Assembly (NCBI GenBank): GCA_976226885.1
Contig: OZ320313.1
Coordinates: forward strand, 52,204,001 to 52,268,000
DNA from: Iphione sp. A-MEVVRFRX5
Taxonomy: Eukaryota
DNA length: 64,000 nt
Direction of reading: 5' to 3'
This document shows, piece after piece, positions 23,611 to 34,635 of the stretch; position 1 is the first letter of the stretch; every line of letters begins with the position of its first letter. The notes below the pieces were generated by a model. That model worked only from the letters and a program-made list of their open reading frames with translations, was not told the origin of the DNA and did not search any database. Both the position numbers and the translations under genes were made by a program.

Positions 23611-25747
23611 TATTGACCACAGGTTTCCATACAACAAATAAACATAATGGAGAACCGTCAGAAAGTTAACGCGAATAAAAACCAACACACGCGGCCACTG
23701 AACTGATTAAGAACATCGGAATATGGCTGACGAAATGGTATAATGGACAAAAAGGTAACCTATGAGTGACGGACTGGTATTGATTTTTCTCGTAAATAAT
23801 CAGAAAAGCAGCATCTAACTAATTTAGATATTGATCAGGCTACATCATGCTTGACTGGCGAGGACGCTGCGGTTTCCTCCTGGCGCGCCGACGTGCCGCT
23901 CCATTGGTGATGGATGACGTCAGCATAAGTGATGCGTGACGTCATGTTCAGTATGTATACCTCGTAGCATGGTCCGTCACGCATCACGATCTTCCCGGAG
24001 AGAAACACTCGTGCCTTCCACTGCTTACCAGGGAAGGGATAGTCTAGAGGGCAAATGTGAGCAACAGCATGTGAAATATGGCTCCTGGGGGGGAGGGGTG
24101 CTGCTAGTCTGAGGACGCATAGGGCCACTTTAAAACAAAATGTCTAGGGAGCAAATCACCTCAGCCCCCCATACGGCGCAATCCGTCATAATTAGTCCTA
24201 GGGTTTAACAAGTCAACAATGAATTCGAAAGGTCCCTGCCTAGCGCACAGACATCGTTCCGTTATCAGTTCGAGAAGACCAAAAAACATCACAAATGAAA
24301 CGACCTAGCCCTGCACAAATTAGCCACATTGAAATGACATCAACGGCAAAACAATTCATGGCTTAATTAACGATCACTTTTAGCGAAAAGGAAAACAGTT
24401 AATGAGGTTTCTTTTACTGTTTGGTGGCCTTGAATTATCCTCCTGACGAGGGTTAACGTACTGCTACGCTTCTGTAAGACTAGAATGGATGTATTGATGA
24501 CTTGCAGCATTTGTATTCGACAAAAGTAACTCGAAAGAGATTTGGATACTAGAATGATATAATAGTGACGAGGAAATGACCTCCAGTCATGACGTTTCCC
24601 CTTGCTGGAGTTGGAAAAAGAGATCCAAAGATTTTTCAATTAAACAATTACGTTTTTCTGATGGTTCACATTTAATATCTGCACTTAATTAAGCAGAAAA
24701 AGGTAATGGGGGAGCCGTAAAGACGAGGAGAACAGAAAAGACAAATGTCCATTTTCGTTTCGTTAGACGTGAACAGGTTCAGTTTTTGAGAAAGATTATT
24801 TTAAAGTTTGTAGTGGGCAGCGGCGCATGCTAAAGCTGCTGTGTGCCCGTCGCTGAGGGCGCGCGGGTTTCAGATGGTTGATCGCTGACAGAATGACTGA
24901 GAAGCAGCTGGCTGGTGACATTCAAGTCGACTAGATGGTCTGCTCCTTCTCCTCCAGGTGTCATGCTGGCTCCCCCAGCCCCGATGGCACCGTCAGCAAT
25001 GCTTCTTCAAATCTCTGACTAGCGAGCCCCGCGTGCCCACTCACGCGGCTAGGTAAACAAGGCATTTGCACCTTCCCGGCTAAAAGCAACCATTTCCTGT
25101 CAGACGGTTTATGGGGAAGCGTCCGGTAATGACAAACTGGGCACAGGCCGGCCGCTTTATATTCAGACCACGCCGTGCTGGTGCCTGCCTCTCCCTCCCT
25201 CCAAACCACCTTCATCCCACCTTCCCTTTTCACTTCACTCGCACCTCCACTTTTAGTTTCCTTCTGAGTTTAAATATATTTGACTTTCAACATTAAACGC
25301 CGACTATTCAACAAGCTACACCCGGTTTATTAAGTTATGATCCAGCAAAAAATTGTACGTTGAGTCAAGTTCGACACGGTGGGTAAATATATTTAAAAGA
25401 GAGAGAACAATAGCAACACTTATCCTTTAGTTTTCTAAGCCACGTACATAATGGTGTACTTATACACAAACTCACTCTATAGATTAGTGATGGTTGCAGG
25501 TTTTTTTTACACTAGCAACGCGAAGGGACTAGGCATGCATCGACGTACATATTAGCGTTTATGTTTGACAAAAGGACATAGCAGAAAAGAGGGCTTTACA
25601 GTGGGTCGGATTGCACGCGGGCCTTCTACTTTTAAAGTGCTTATAACGCACATTTCGCTGGAGAGCGTCTCCCCTCCTTCCTCAGCAACCCCGACGTCTC
25701 ATTTACATGGAAATGAGCCTCCAACAGAACGCCAATTAAAGGTGTGA

Positions 25748-25783
25748 CTGCAGCTGCTAGATAGTGGCCACCAGGCGGCGTCT
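25748..25783 (+). promoter_or_regulatory. Candidate CTCF site with upstream (U) motif
   Basis: TGGCCACCAGGCGGCGTC (25765-25782) has 2 mismatches to CCASYAGRKGGCRS. TGCAG lies 11 nt upstream (25749-25753). Confidence 0.45.
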
Positions 25784-26948
25784 TTATGGGTCATTCGGGG
25801 CGCTCCCTGGTGATGGCTTCAGCCAAGTGAGGGCTTCTGCGCCGAGTTGTCGGGCAAAGATAGCGCGCAGCGTAACGTCATGTGCTGCTGCCGGTTGTCC
25901 GGGATATTTACAAAGGAAGTGCCTTTGGGTTCTCAACCTCAGCTCTGAATGACAGTTGTTTCTTTTCTTTTTTCACCTTTTTTAAAGACACCCCATCTCG
26001 ACGTCCTTGGTATCAACTGCCAGATCTCTTTTTTGCTGGTTTCTGTTTGCCGTTGCGCTTGAGATAAGTTAAGGCCATATGCAAATGCGATTTTCTTATA
26101 CTACTGGCAAGGCCAAGGAAACGTTCGTCTTCAACTTGCTTTCTAAGCAGACACTGCAAGCAGGTTTACGGGTCTCGCTCATGAATAACGGAAAAGGTTA
26201 CGAGGTATGGCGAAGCCGCAAGCGACTCGGCCTTCGGAGCATGTAAAGTGTCTGTCACCTCGCTTCTTTAGAAAATTAAAAATCAATGGAAGCCTGCCAA
26301 AACAATCTTGTGGATGCAGACTATAAAAACAACATACCTGGCTGAACTATTAATAGCTCGGTAAATGATGAATAGCTCGGTTATCTATTTTAGGACGCTC
26401 TCTCATTAGAAATATCCCGGTGATTTGTGTGATTTCGACTCCTGTTTCGGTCTGTGATGGCAACAAAAACGTTAACAAAACGTGATCAGCGACAAGAGTC
26501 GTGTCAAGTCATTATCGAAACTATTCCCTTTCACTGAACACTACAAAAAGTTAAGTCAACAACACACAGACAATGAAGTAAATTTAAATTCACAGCATTT
26601 ATACTATGTTATCAAATGCCACCGAGTCGGACACGTAAATTGTCAACATCCTCCGTTATTTCTTGTGGCTGGCTGAGAAGGTCGTCGACACCTGGTTGCA
26701 ACCCCATACCTTTGAGTCGGGAGCTACGTCCCTCCGCACCAGGAGTGAAGGCGGTTAGCGTCATTTAGGGGCAATCAACCAAATGAGTTTAGCTAAACTG
26801 GAATGGCTGCCCGGATCTTCTTAATCTGAAGGCGGAAGGAATCATGACATCGGCCCTGTCTAGAGCAACTGCGAAATCGGGTAGGTCAATCTATGCACAT
26901 ATGAAAGCAGGCCATCAACCATGTGCAGTGCGCCCTGATTTCTCCTTC

Positions 26949-26951
<3 letters not shown>

Positions 26952-26983
<32 letters not shown>
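26952..26983. repeat. (GT)n microsatellite
   Basis: Pure GT run seen directly. Confidence 0.95.
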
Positions 26984-26985
<2 letters not shown>

Positions 26986-29900
26986 AGAAATCTTAAAATG
27001 TTACACACTGTCTTAGGCCTAATTTCAATGTACCCATATTTTCACGGCCATATCTGGCACAATGTATCCATGTTCTTTGATATTTATTTATAACAATGAG
27101 TGATTCCATGGAGCTGTGAATAGCCATGGCTCTGTGTCAAATCCAAATTTTCAGTTCCCATGCAACTAGAAGTACACGAAACAGGATCTAGGCCCTGAAC
27201 AGGGAAGCATACTAAAGGTGTACCTAACTTGCATATCATTAGGACAAGCATAAAACAACTCCATTAATGTAGGTCAATTTCTACAAATTTCCACCAAAAC
27301 TGCACAGTTTCTACAATGGGCTCAGTTTATAGGCTGATTTCTAGAAATAAACCAGGAAATATTCATTCTCATAGCACCAAAGAGAAGACTCAAACATGGG
27401 TGTGGAAACACGCGTGCATTGATGCACATTAAGTAAAACATTTGTCTGTGTTTCACTCTGCCCTCTCTACGCGGACAAGCACGGAACACACATGAAATGT
27501 GTAACCACAGGCAAACATAATCATGTAAATCGAAATTCAGCTTTAGATGGATTTCATGCATTTATACCTTCAGAAATGGCACTTCTCACGAACAGCAGAC
27601 GACATACATTGTGCTGGTTTCATCCTCGTGGAGAACCACGAAATGAGCTGCGTATTTATGGGGTTAGAGCTTACAAACAAATGGCTGTCCTCTTCAAGTT
27701 TAAATCTTCATCGTAAAAATCAAGAATGTATGAGCCAGAAAACAAAATGAGCGATGTAAATATAAATTGAAACTAAAGAAAGAAGAGAAAGATATGGCAA
27801 AAGAATGGAAGAACAACAGAAACAACTACAGAAACAGAAAGAGAATAGAAAAGCATGCACCTATGTACATGTATATATATGTACATGTCTAAAGGTGCGA
27901 ACAAACATTTATTTCGTCCAACGTTTCGGGCCCTTGGCGTCTCTGCGAACTCGAAATGTGGGCGCCCACCCTTAGATCAAGCATATGGCCCAATATAGCA
28001 CCGCTCCGTCAGTATCCCCTTCATGTAGACTTTAGATTGTACCCACCCCTCCGTGGTTAAGAAACAGCCACTAGCCATATACTTAACGGATGGGCTAAAC
28101 CAATAATCTCTTGAGGTTTGCAATATGGGCAGCACCCGTATAGTCCCATCTGTCGCACGCCCTGGGGTACAGCTGCACCCACTTGTTGGCCGTAAAGGCA
28201 ATTATGTTGCAACAACGCCTGTAGTTCCAGCAAGTATAGCGTCCAATTGTTTTGGACAATAAATACGAATATTCGTGCCGGCTGTTGAAATTATGTCTCA
28301 TTGTCGTGGGCCCTGTTAGGTGTGGTAAAGAAAGATCTTACGGTGCTTTTTCTTAATTTCACAACGATTAACAATGATGCCTGCAATGGTTCCAAAGGGT
28401 TTCTGATCGATGGGAAATTAAACATCTGCAGAGACCAGCTTCAGACGTAAAAAATAAAAGGGCTGGAGTTTCTGAGGGAGCGAAAAGGAGAAACAAGTGG
28501 CAAGGACAATGTATTAGACAGACCTCTGTCGGAAAACAGCAGTGGGTAAGTACGGAGATGTTTCCAATAAGCATTCTTTATCGTATCAATTTTGGGCCTG
28601 TGGAGGAGGGGGTATTGCATTATTTTATCCCCACGGACCATCCATCCAAGCGCCACACGTAACCACCCGACCTCACGTCACCTCTTCCTCTGCTTCCATA
28701 GATGCAGATGGCCTCGCCATCACATGTCGACAGATCAATCATAATAAGGGCACGAGCAGCTCAATGACTGCAGCTCCCGCCTACTTCAGCTGCCAGCTCG
28801 GAACTGAGGCATCTCTGGCTCGGACGCGTGTGACGAAGAGCAACAAGTATAATACAGCGGAGGGCACCTTCTCCGCGTGGACCACCGAACGTGTGTCTCC
28901 TACCGTCTGGCTCTGCTGATCGGTCTGTTTCTACGCGACCCATCTAAATATGGCTGTAGGGGAGTCGTTTTTTGTTTCTGCTGAGCTCGCCGTCCACCAC
29001 CCAAAACCTCTCCAGCCAAGCCAAGCCCCCCCTTCCCACCCTCAGTCATTGGCAGCCGTGGTGGCGCCTTCTAAACGACACTTTTGCATGCTGAGCCTAA
29101 TAACGTGCTATCACATGCGCCACGAGACCTGCGCAGAACACTAGCGACACCTGTCGCGTTCTCAGAGAACCAGTCTACAGTGGATTGGCCATCGTGGGCA
29201 ACCGGAGTGAGAGACAAACAAATGCCGGTCGGTTTTCACTACAGCTATTATCTATTTGCCCCCATCCTCACAATCCACAACGGAGGCTTGCAAGACAGAA
29301 CGACGACAACGTTTGAAAATAAACATAATCTTAAGTCAGACAACCATTATCTTTATAGATATGTACATGCATCTCCTTTTTTGTTGTTGCACAGGCTAGA
29401 AATGGTTTTCTAACTTAACACAACGTTGTAAAAGAAAACCTCAAAAATACACCAACGTCATTCTATGACAACGCCTGATTGTGACTGGTACTTAGACGAA
29501 TTAGTGGCCGTCAGCTGGAGTTAGTCACATCATTAAAAGGAGGGATATACAGGCATGCACCATAAGAAAAGGACGCTCCATGCGGCTTGGAAACCTATGT
29601 TCGGCATTGTAATTAGGTAATGGGGGAAGCGTGCGGAATAAAAAGAAACCTTGCAAAATATAGTCTTATCCACACACACTATAGGTAGACATACTACCGA
29701 CAAGAATCTACCGTACCGTCGTGTGTGGCCAGTGTGAGACAATGGGCCCATTTTTACGCCACCTATTTTTTCCGCGAGCCTTCCCTTATGAATATGTATG
29801 TGAGATAACAAGACGTCTAATCTCAAGAGGATAGGGACTACTAGATTTTTTTTCTATTTCGGGGGGGGAGGAAGCAATTCAGATTACAGCGGAATGGTTG

Positions 29901-30875
29901 ACTGCCTCTAGTGCAATGATACATGTACATGATATAGTTGTAAAATGCTCCCTGGGACAAAGTCATTCTTTTAAAAAGGTACAGAGCTCGGGTGTCTCGA
30001 ATTCTGTGGTCAAATTTCCCAAATGTGCGGGCGGGCAGACAACTGCTATAAGGAATTCCACATACGATTCCGACACGTGCATGATGCAATGAAAAGTATC
30101 TCCTCCTGTGTTGATAAAGCACTGTCCATAACAGGCCTGAGATGCAGTCTTTTCAAAACACTAGAAGCCTCCTTCGCCCCATATGCTAGCCTCCGTAATC
30201 ACCTTTTCTATACGGAAGGTTAGGCAGCGGCATGGCAACCGTGGCAGCATATAGATACACCTACCCATCTAGCAAGATAAATCAAGCCACATTCCTGGCA
30301 TTGCTTTTAGTTTTTTTTGCACGTCAGTTTTTTTCTCCCCATTTGCCTTCGCCGTTTGGTGGTTTTTTGTGTCGGTTGCTTTTGTCGACGCAAACTTCGG
30401 AATGCGGAAAGCATGTGGACGATGGGCTAGGCAGGCCCGTCCAGGGTTCCTAATGAAAATACTAGAAGGCCGCGGCTCGTGGGTCATTCAAGACAGGCAC
30501 ACATTGGCTAGAGGCCAGGTGCAAGGGCGGCGACTAGTAGCTCATATACAAGGCTCCAAGCTGAAGTTTCTATATTGCAAAGCATACAGGAAAGCTATGC
30601 CGACTACATACTGTATATATGTACATGTATATAATATAGTATGGTTACAACATTTGATGGCTAATATACACGTATGTACCAACTTTTGACATTGACACTC
30701 TACTTACTTATTCAAAGGATGCAAAGGATGTTTTTGCGGTAGAAGTATTCGGTTTAGTCTTGGCAAACAGCAGTAAACCAGCATTTTCATAGGTAATCAT
30801 TATTTTAGAGCCCTCTTTGGAAATCGAGGACAAGAGCGCCGAACGATCGTATCTGCACGGTACCAATTTAAATGT

Positions 30876-30889
30876 GTTACCATGGTAAC
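30876..30889. promoter_or_regulatory. Perfect palindromic X-box (RFX-type site)
   Basis: GTTACCATGGTAAC is a 14-bp perfect palindrome matching GTYNCCATGGNAAC. Confidence 0.45.
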
Positions 30890-31304
30890 CAAAGGGCTCG
30901 GCCTTAAAACACTGCAAGAGATTCGAGGCTTTCTTAGGGTAGAGACCAACTCGCTGAAAATCTCCTTCGGCATACTCCAGGGTATAAATACAGTAGACAT
31001 CTAAATGCTGCCATGAGGATGATTTTCTTCAGTCCCAAAGAATATAAGCTACAGACAGGTGTACCTTCCTCCACTAACGTAACTCCTGGCCAGCGACGTC
31101 TAATGGCGACTCCAGCAAACGACCAACCACACAGGACTTCCAAATGGTGTTGGTGAACGTGTGGCGGCTTCAGCTAGTAACAGGGCCACGGTGGTGATGT
31201 GGGGCATTGTGTTCGGAGACGATCAGCATTTCTGGTCATGCTAACTGCCCAGGTCACGGCTCTTTCATAAGCTGGCCTACTCCTGGGGTAAAATCAGGCG
31301 TAGA

Positions 31305-31448
31305 GCTGGGACACTCTTGGTTCCGAGTGAAACTGTCCCCATTCAGAGGGTGTCCCCAGTTCTGAGAGGTTTTTTGGTTGCAACAAAATTTGTCACAGTT
31401 AGCGAGATGGCCCTTGTTCTGAGGTGGCCCAATAGAGTGGTTCTACAG
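31305..31448. mobile_element. One end of a pogo/Tigger-type MITE (truncated)
   Basis: Ends in GAGGTGGCCCAATAGAGTGGTTCTACAG followed by TA, with repeated GTCCC/GGCCC subterminal motifs. The partner TIR was not found. Confidence 0.45.
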
Positions 31449-31657
31449 TATATTCCTTCACTACTAAGACATAACCGCACTGAAATGACTCACTCTTCTG
31501 GGTGACTGTTTAGGTAAATACAACAAATCACATGATATGAGGAAGTGCATTCGTTGCCTTATATTTTCTGTGGGGAAGAGATGATGCTGCCTAGAATCTC
31601 TTGTGGTTCTCTATTGAGCATTTTGTCCGGGGGGAAAGAACAATGGAAATCAAAATA

Positions 31658-31760
31658 CAGTCGACACTCCTCTTAAAGATCAACTCGCAGGGGAGACCAA
31701 CCCTGGGGAGAGACAAAATCCTCTAGTCCCAAAGTCGGTCTCCAATATGAGTTTTGCCTG
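31658..31760. mobile_element. Small old pogo/Tigger-type MITE
   Basis: TA|CAGTCGACACTCCTCTTAAAGATCA ... CGGTCTCCAATATGAGTTTTGCCTG|TA. The TIRs are degenerate, TA is present on both sides, and there is an internal GAGACCA motif like the Tigger core. Confidence 0.55.
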
Positions 31761-32308
31761 TAAAGGAAACTAATTTTAGAGCGTCCACAATGAAATGAGT
31801 ACGATCCTGGTAAACGATAGAAAATATCAAGACACTGAAATGTACTGACATCCTTATCGTTATTGTAAGTACTGCAGGAAACGCTAATCTCCTGACATTC
31901 TTCTGAACTTACTCTTAAAAATCAGACCACGACGATTTTTTAATCTCTTGAAACATCAGACCAAAAGACAAAACATCTTAGCAACTTTGTCTCGGTACAT
32001 GTGTGTAAAAATGGAGGTCTGACTACGCCTCAGCACAAAAAGAAATCTAAATCCTGTCAAATATATGTACTGTTAAGCAATATTTTCATTAATACATGTA
32101 CAGGAAAAACTCGCTTTGAGACCATCTCACTTTCCGACCAAATCCACTATTACGACCATTTTGGGTCGGAACGGAATTATTTTTAGTACATTTCTATAAT
32201 GGTAGAATCTTACTTTGCGACCATATCACTTTCCGACCAAATTCGCCATACGACCATTCATCTTTGGGTCGTTTTCAATATAATTTATTATCACTTTGTG
32301 ACCATCCC

Positions 32309-32965
32309 CGACGACTTTGATGGTCTCTCACCTTGGAGGGGTAGCCCGAGAGTGGTCGCGGGATGTCAAGGCGACGTCTCTGATGTTCCTCACACCGTGG
32401 AGGGGTTGGCCGGCAGTGGTCGCGGGATGTCGAGGCGTAAATTTCGACGACTTTGATGGTCTCTCACCCTGGAGGGGTGAGGCCGAGAGTGGTCGCGGGA
32501 TGTCGAGGCGTCAACTTTGACGACTTTGATGGTCTCTCACCCTGGAGGGGTGAGGCCGAGAGTGGTCGCGGGCGTCAACGGCGACGTCTCTGATGGTCTT
32601 CGCACCTTGGAGGGGTAGCCCGAGAGTGGTCGCGGGATGTCAAGGCGACGTCTCTGATGTTCCTCACACCGTGGAGGGGTTGGCCGGCAGTGGTCGCGGG
32701 ATGTCGAGGCGACGTCTCTGATGTTCCTCACACCGTGGAGGGGTTGGCCGGCAGTGGTCGCGGGATGTCGAGGCGTCAATTTCGACGACTTTGATGGTCT
32801 CTCACACCGTGGAGGGGTTGGCTGGAGTGGTCGAGAGCGTCAACGGGGACGTCTTTGATGGTCTCACACGTTGGAGGGGTGAGGCCGGCAGTGGTCGAGA
32901 GCGTCAACGGGGACGTCTTTGATGGTCTCTCACCTTGGAGAGGGTCGGCCGGCAGTGGTCGAGGG
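32309..32965. repeat. GC/CpG-rich minisatellite inside the Tigger element, 10 units of 62-74 bp
   Basis: TGGAG(G/A)GG anchors at about 32334, 32398, 32470, 32543, 32608, 32672, 32736, 32810, 32872 and 32936. Each unit contains GTGGTCG plus GATGGTCT or GATGTTCC. Confidence 0.95.
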
Positions 32966-33093
32966 TGGGCGACCTGGCCCCCTACCTCTACCATACATAA
33001 GGAGGTCCAGACAGCCCCACAAATCACTCTTCTCCTGGATTCCAGTGAGGACACACATCTCCAGTTCCAGCTCCTGATCCAGCTCCAGCCAAG

Positions 33094-34635
33094 ATGCCAA
33101 GAAATGAACTCTCCCTTGGTGACAAGGTCAAGCTCATCAAGGTCTCCACTGGAAGAAGCCAGAGAAGCCTTGCTGAAGAATTCAAAGTGGGCAAGACTCA
33201 AGTCCAGGGTATCCTCAAGAGAAAGAGGGAGATCATGGAGCAGTATGAGAAAACACCAGACCCCTCAGTCAAGAGGCACCACTACTCCACTGACCTCTCT
33301 GACCTGGATGAAGCCTGCTACAAGTGGTTCTGCAGGATGAGGTCAATGAACATCCCCATCTCAGGGCCTGCCATCCAGAAGAAGGCCCTGACCCTGAGCA
33401 AGGAGCTCAACCTGCCAGAGTTCAAGGCCTCAGTGGGGTGGCTCCAACGCTTCAAGACCAGACACTCAATTGGGGCCTTGAAGGTGTGTGGAGAGAGTGG
33501 AGCAGTGCAGGACTCCACTGTTGAGGACTGGCTGCAACATCTGCCTGAGAAGCTGGAAGGCTACAGCCCTGCCAACATCTACAACATGGATGAGACAGGG
33601 CTGTTCTACAGGATCATGCCTGATAAGACCCTTGCCACCAAGGGATCTTCAGCCACTGGTGTCAAGAAGTCCAAGGAGAGAATTACAGTGTCCCTCTGTG
33701 TAAACATGGAGGGAGACTTTGAAAAGACACTAGTGATTGGCAAGGCAGCCAAACCAAGATGCTTCAAGCACATAGACATATCATCCCTCCCAGTGACTTG
33801 GAAATCCAACACCAAGGCTTGGATGACAGCATCAGTGTTTGAAGAGTGGCTGCACACCTTCAACAATAAGATGAAGAGGCAAGGGAGGCATGTGCTGCTA
33901 CTTCTGGATAATGCCCCATCACACCCACATGGTCTCAAGTTGAGCCATGTGAAGATGGTCTTCCTTCCTCCACAGGCCACTTCAGTACTGCAGCCACTGG
34001 ATCAAGGAATTATCCAGAACATCAAGATGCACTACAAGACTAAGTTGTTGGAGTACTTCCTCAACAAGGCTGAGAGCATTCAGGGAGATGGTCCTATTGA
34101 CATCCAGTCCCTGATGAAGTCAGTGGATCTCCACAGAGCTATCCACTGGCTGAGAGACTCCATCAACCAGGTGAAGCCAGAGACAGTCCGCAAGTGCTTC
34201 ATCAAGGCTGGCCTGAAGGTCCCAGACCAGCCCTGCCAAATGGAGGAAGAGGAGGATGAAGATGATCTTCCTCTTGCAGAGCTGGTGAGGAGGACACAAA
34301 CACTGCTCCCTGTGGCTGACCCATGTCTGCCTGATGAGTATTGTGGGCTGGATGATGCTCTTCCAGCTCACAACCAGGATGTTGATGATGCTGATCTTCT
34401 GCCAAGGAAAGATGAGGAGGAAGAAGAGGAGGAGGAAGAAGATACACCAGTGTCTACTTCACTCTCCCATGCCAAGGCCATGGAAATGATGGAACAATTG
34501 AGGGATCACTTCCTCCACCATGGGGCAAACACCAGTCTGGAGGACTTGATGGCCACCATGAATTCCTTTGGGAAACACATCCAACAGGCAAAGAAGATTC
34601 AACCAACTATTGACTCTTTTTTCAAGCCAAAATAG
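33094..34635 (+). CDS. pogo/Tigger transposase (CENP-B-type HTH domains plus DDE_1 domain, DD30D), 513 aa
   Basis: N-terminal LSLGDKVKLIK..SQRSLAEEFKVGKTQVQGILK and WF...PISGPAIQKKA...FKASVGWLQRFKTRH (CENP-B/Tc5 HTH). Catalytic motifs NMDETGLF, LLLLDNAPSH and LQPLDQGII, with 30 residues between D2 and D3 by manual count. Acidic tail and C-terminal QPTIDSFF. No stops or frameshifts. Confidence 0.97.
   Translation: MPRNELSLGDKVKLIKVSTGRSQRSLAEEFKVGKTQVQGILKRKREIMEQYEKTPDPSVKRHHYSTDLSDLDEACYKWFCRMRSMNIPISGPAIQKKALTLSKELNLPEFKASVGWLQRFKTRHSIGALKVCGESGAVQDSTVEDWLQHLPEKLEGYSPANIYNMDETGLFYRIMPDKTLATKGSSATGVKKSKERITVSLCVNMEGDFEKTLVIGKAAKPRCFKHIDISSLPVTWKSNTKAWMTASVFEEWLHTFNNKMKRQGRHVLLLLDNAPSHPHGLKLSHVKMVFLPPQATSVLQPLDQGIIQNIKMHYKTKLLEYFLNKAESIQGDGPIDIQSLMKSVDLHRAIHWLRDSINQVKPETVRKCFIKAGLKVPDQPCQMEEEEDEDDLPLAELVRRTQTLLPVADPCLPDEYCGLDDALPAHNQDVDDADLLPRKDEEEEEEEEEDTPVSTSLSHAKAMEMMEQLRDHFLHHGANTSLEDLMATMNSFGKHIQQAKKIQPTIDSFFKPK

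Noticed and set aside
24958-25052. Plus-strand exon candidate (CTCCAG|...AG|GTAAAC)
   Set aside because: The donor is moderate, the length is 95 nt, and the peptide is unrecognisable. This is expected by chance in 64 kb.
27900-27950. Penelope-type hammerhead/pLTR remnant (minus strand AAGGGCCCGAAACGTTGG..AAATAAA); a similar hint occurs at about 11355-11395
   Set aside because: The CUGAUGA core is absent. I checked other CTGATGA sites on both strands and none had a paired stem II followed by GAAA.
32309-32965. CRISPR-like array
   Set aside because: There are no unique spacers: whole units are homologous. It lies inside a eukaryotic transposon.
32317-33340. ORFs 32317-32520, 32537-32779, 32776-33201 and 32855-33340
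   Set aside because: They are by-products of the GC-rich minisatellite or alternative and antisense frames of the transposase.
33094-34635. Domesticated TIGD/CENP-B host gene
   Set aside because: Intact TIRs, subterminal repeats and a TA TSD show it is still a transposon copy, so no gene symbol was assigned.
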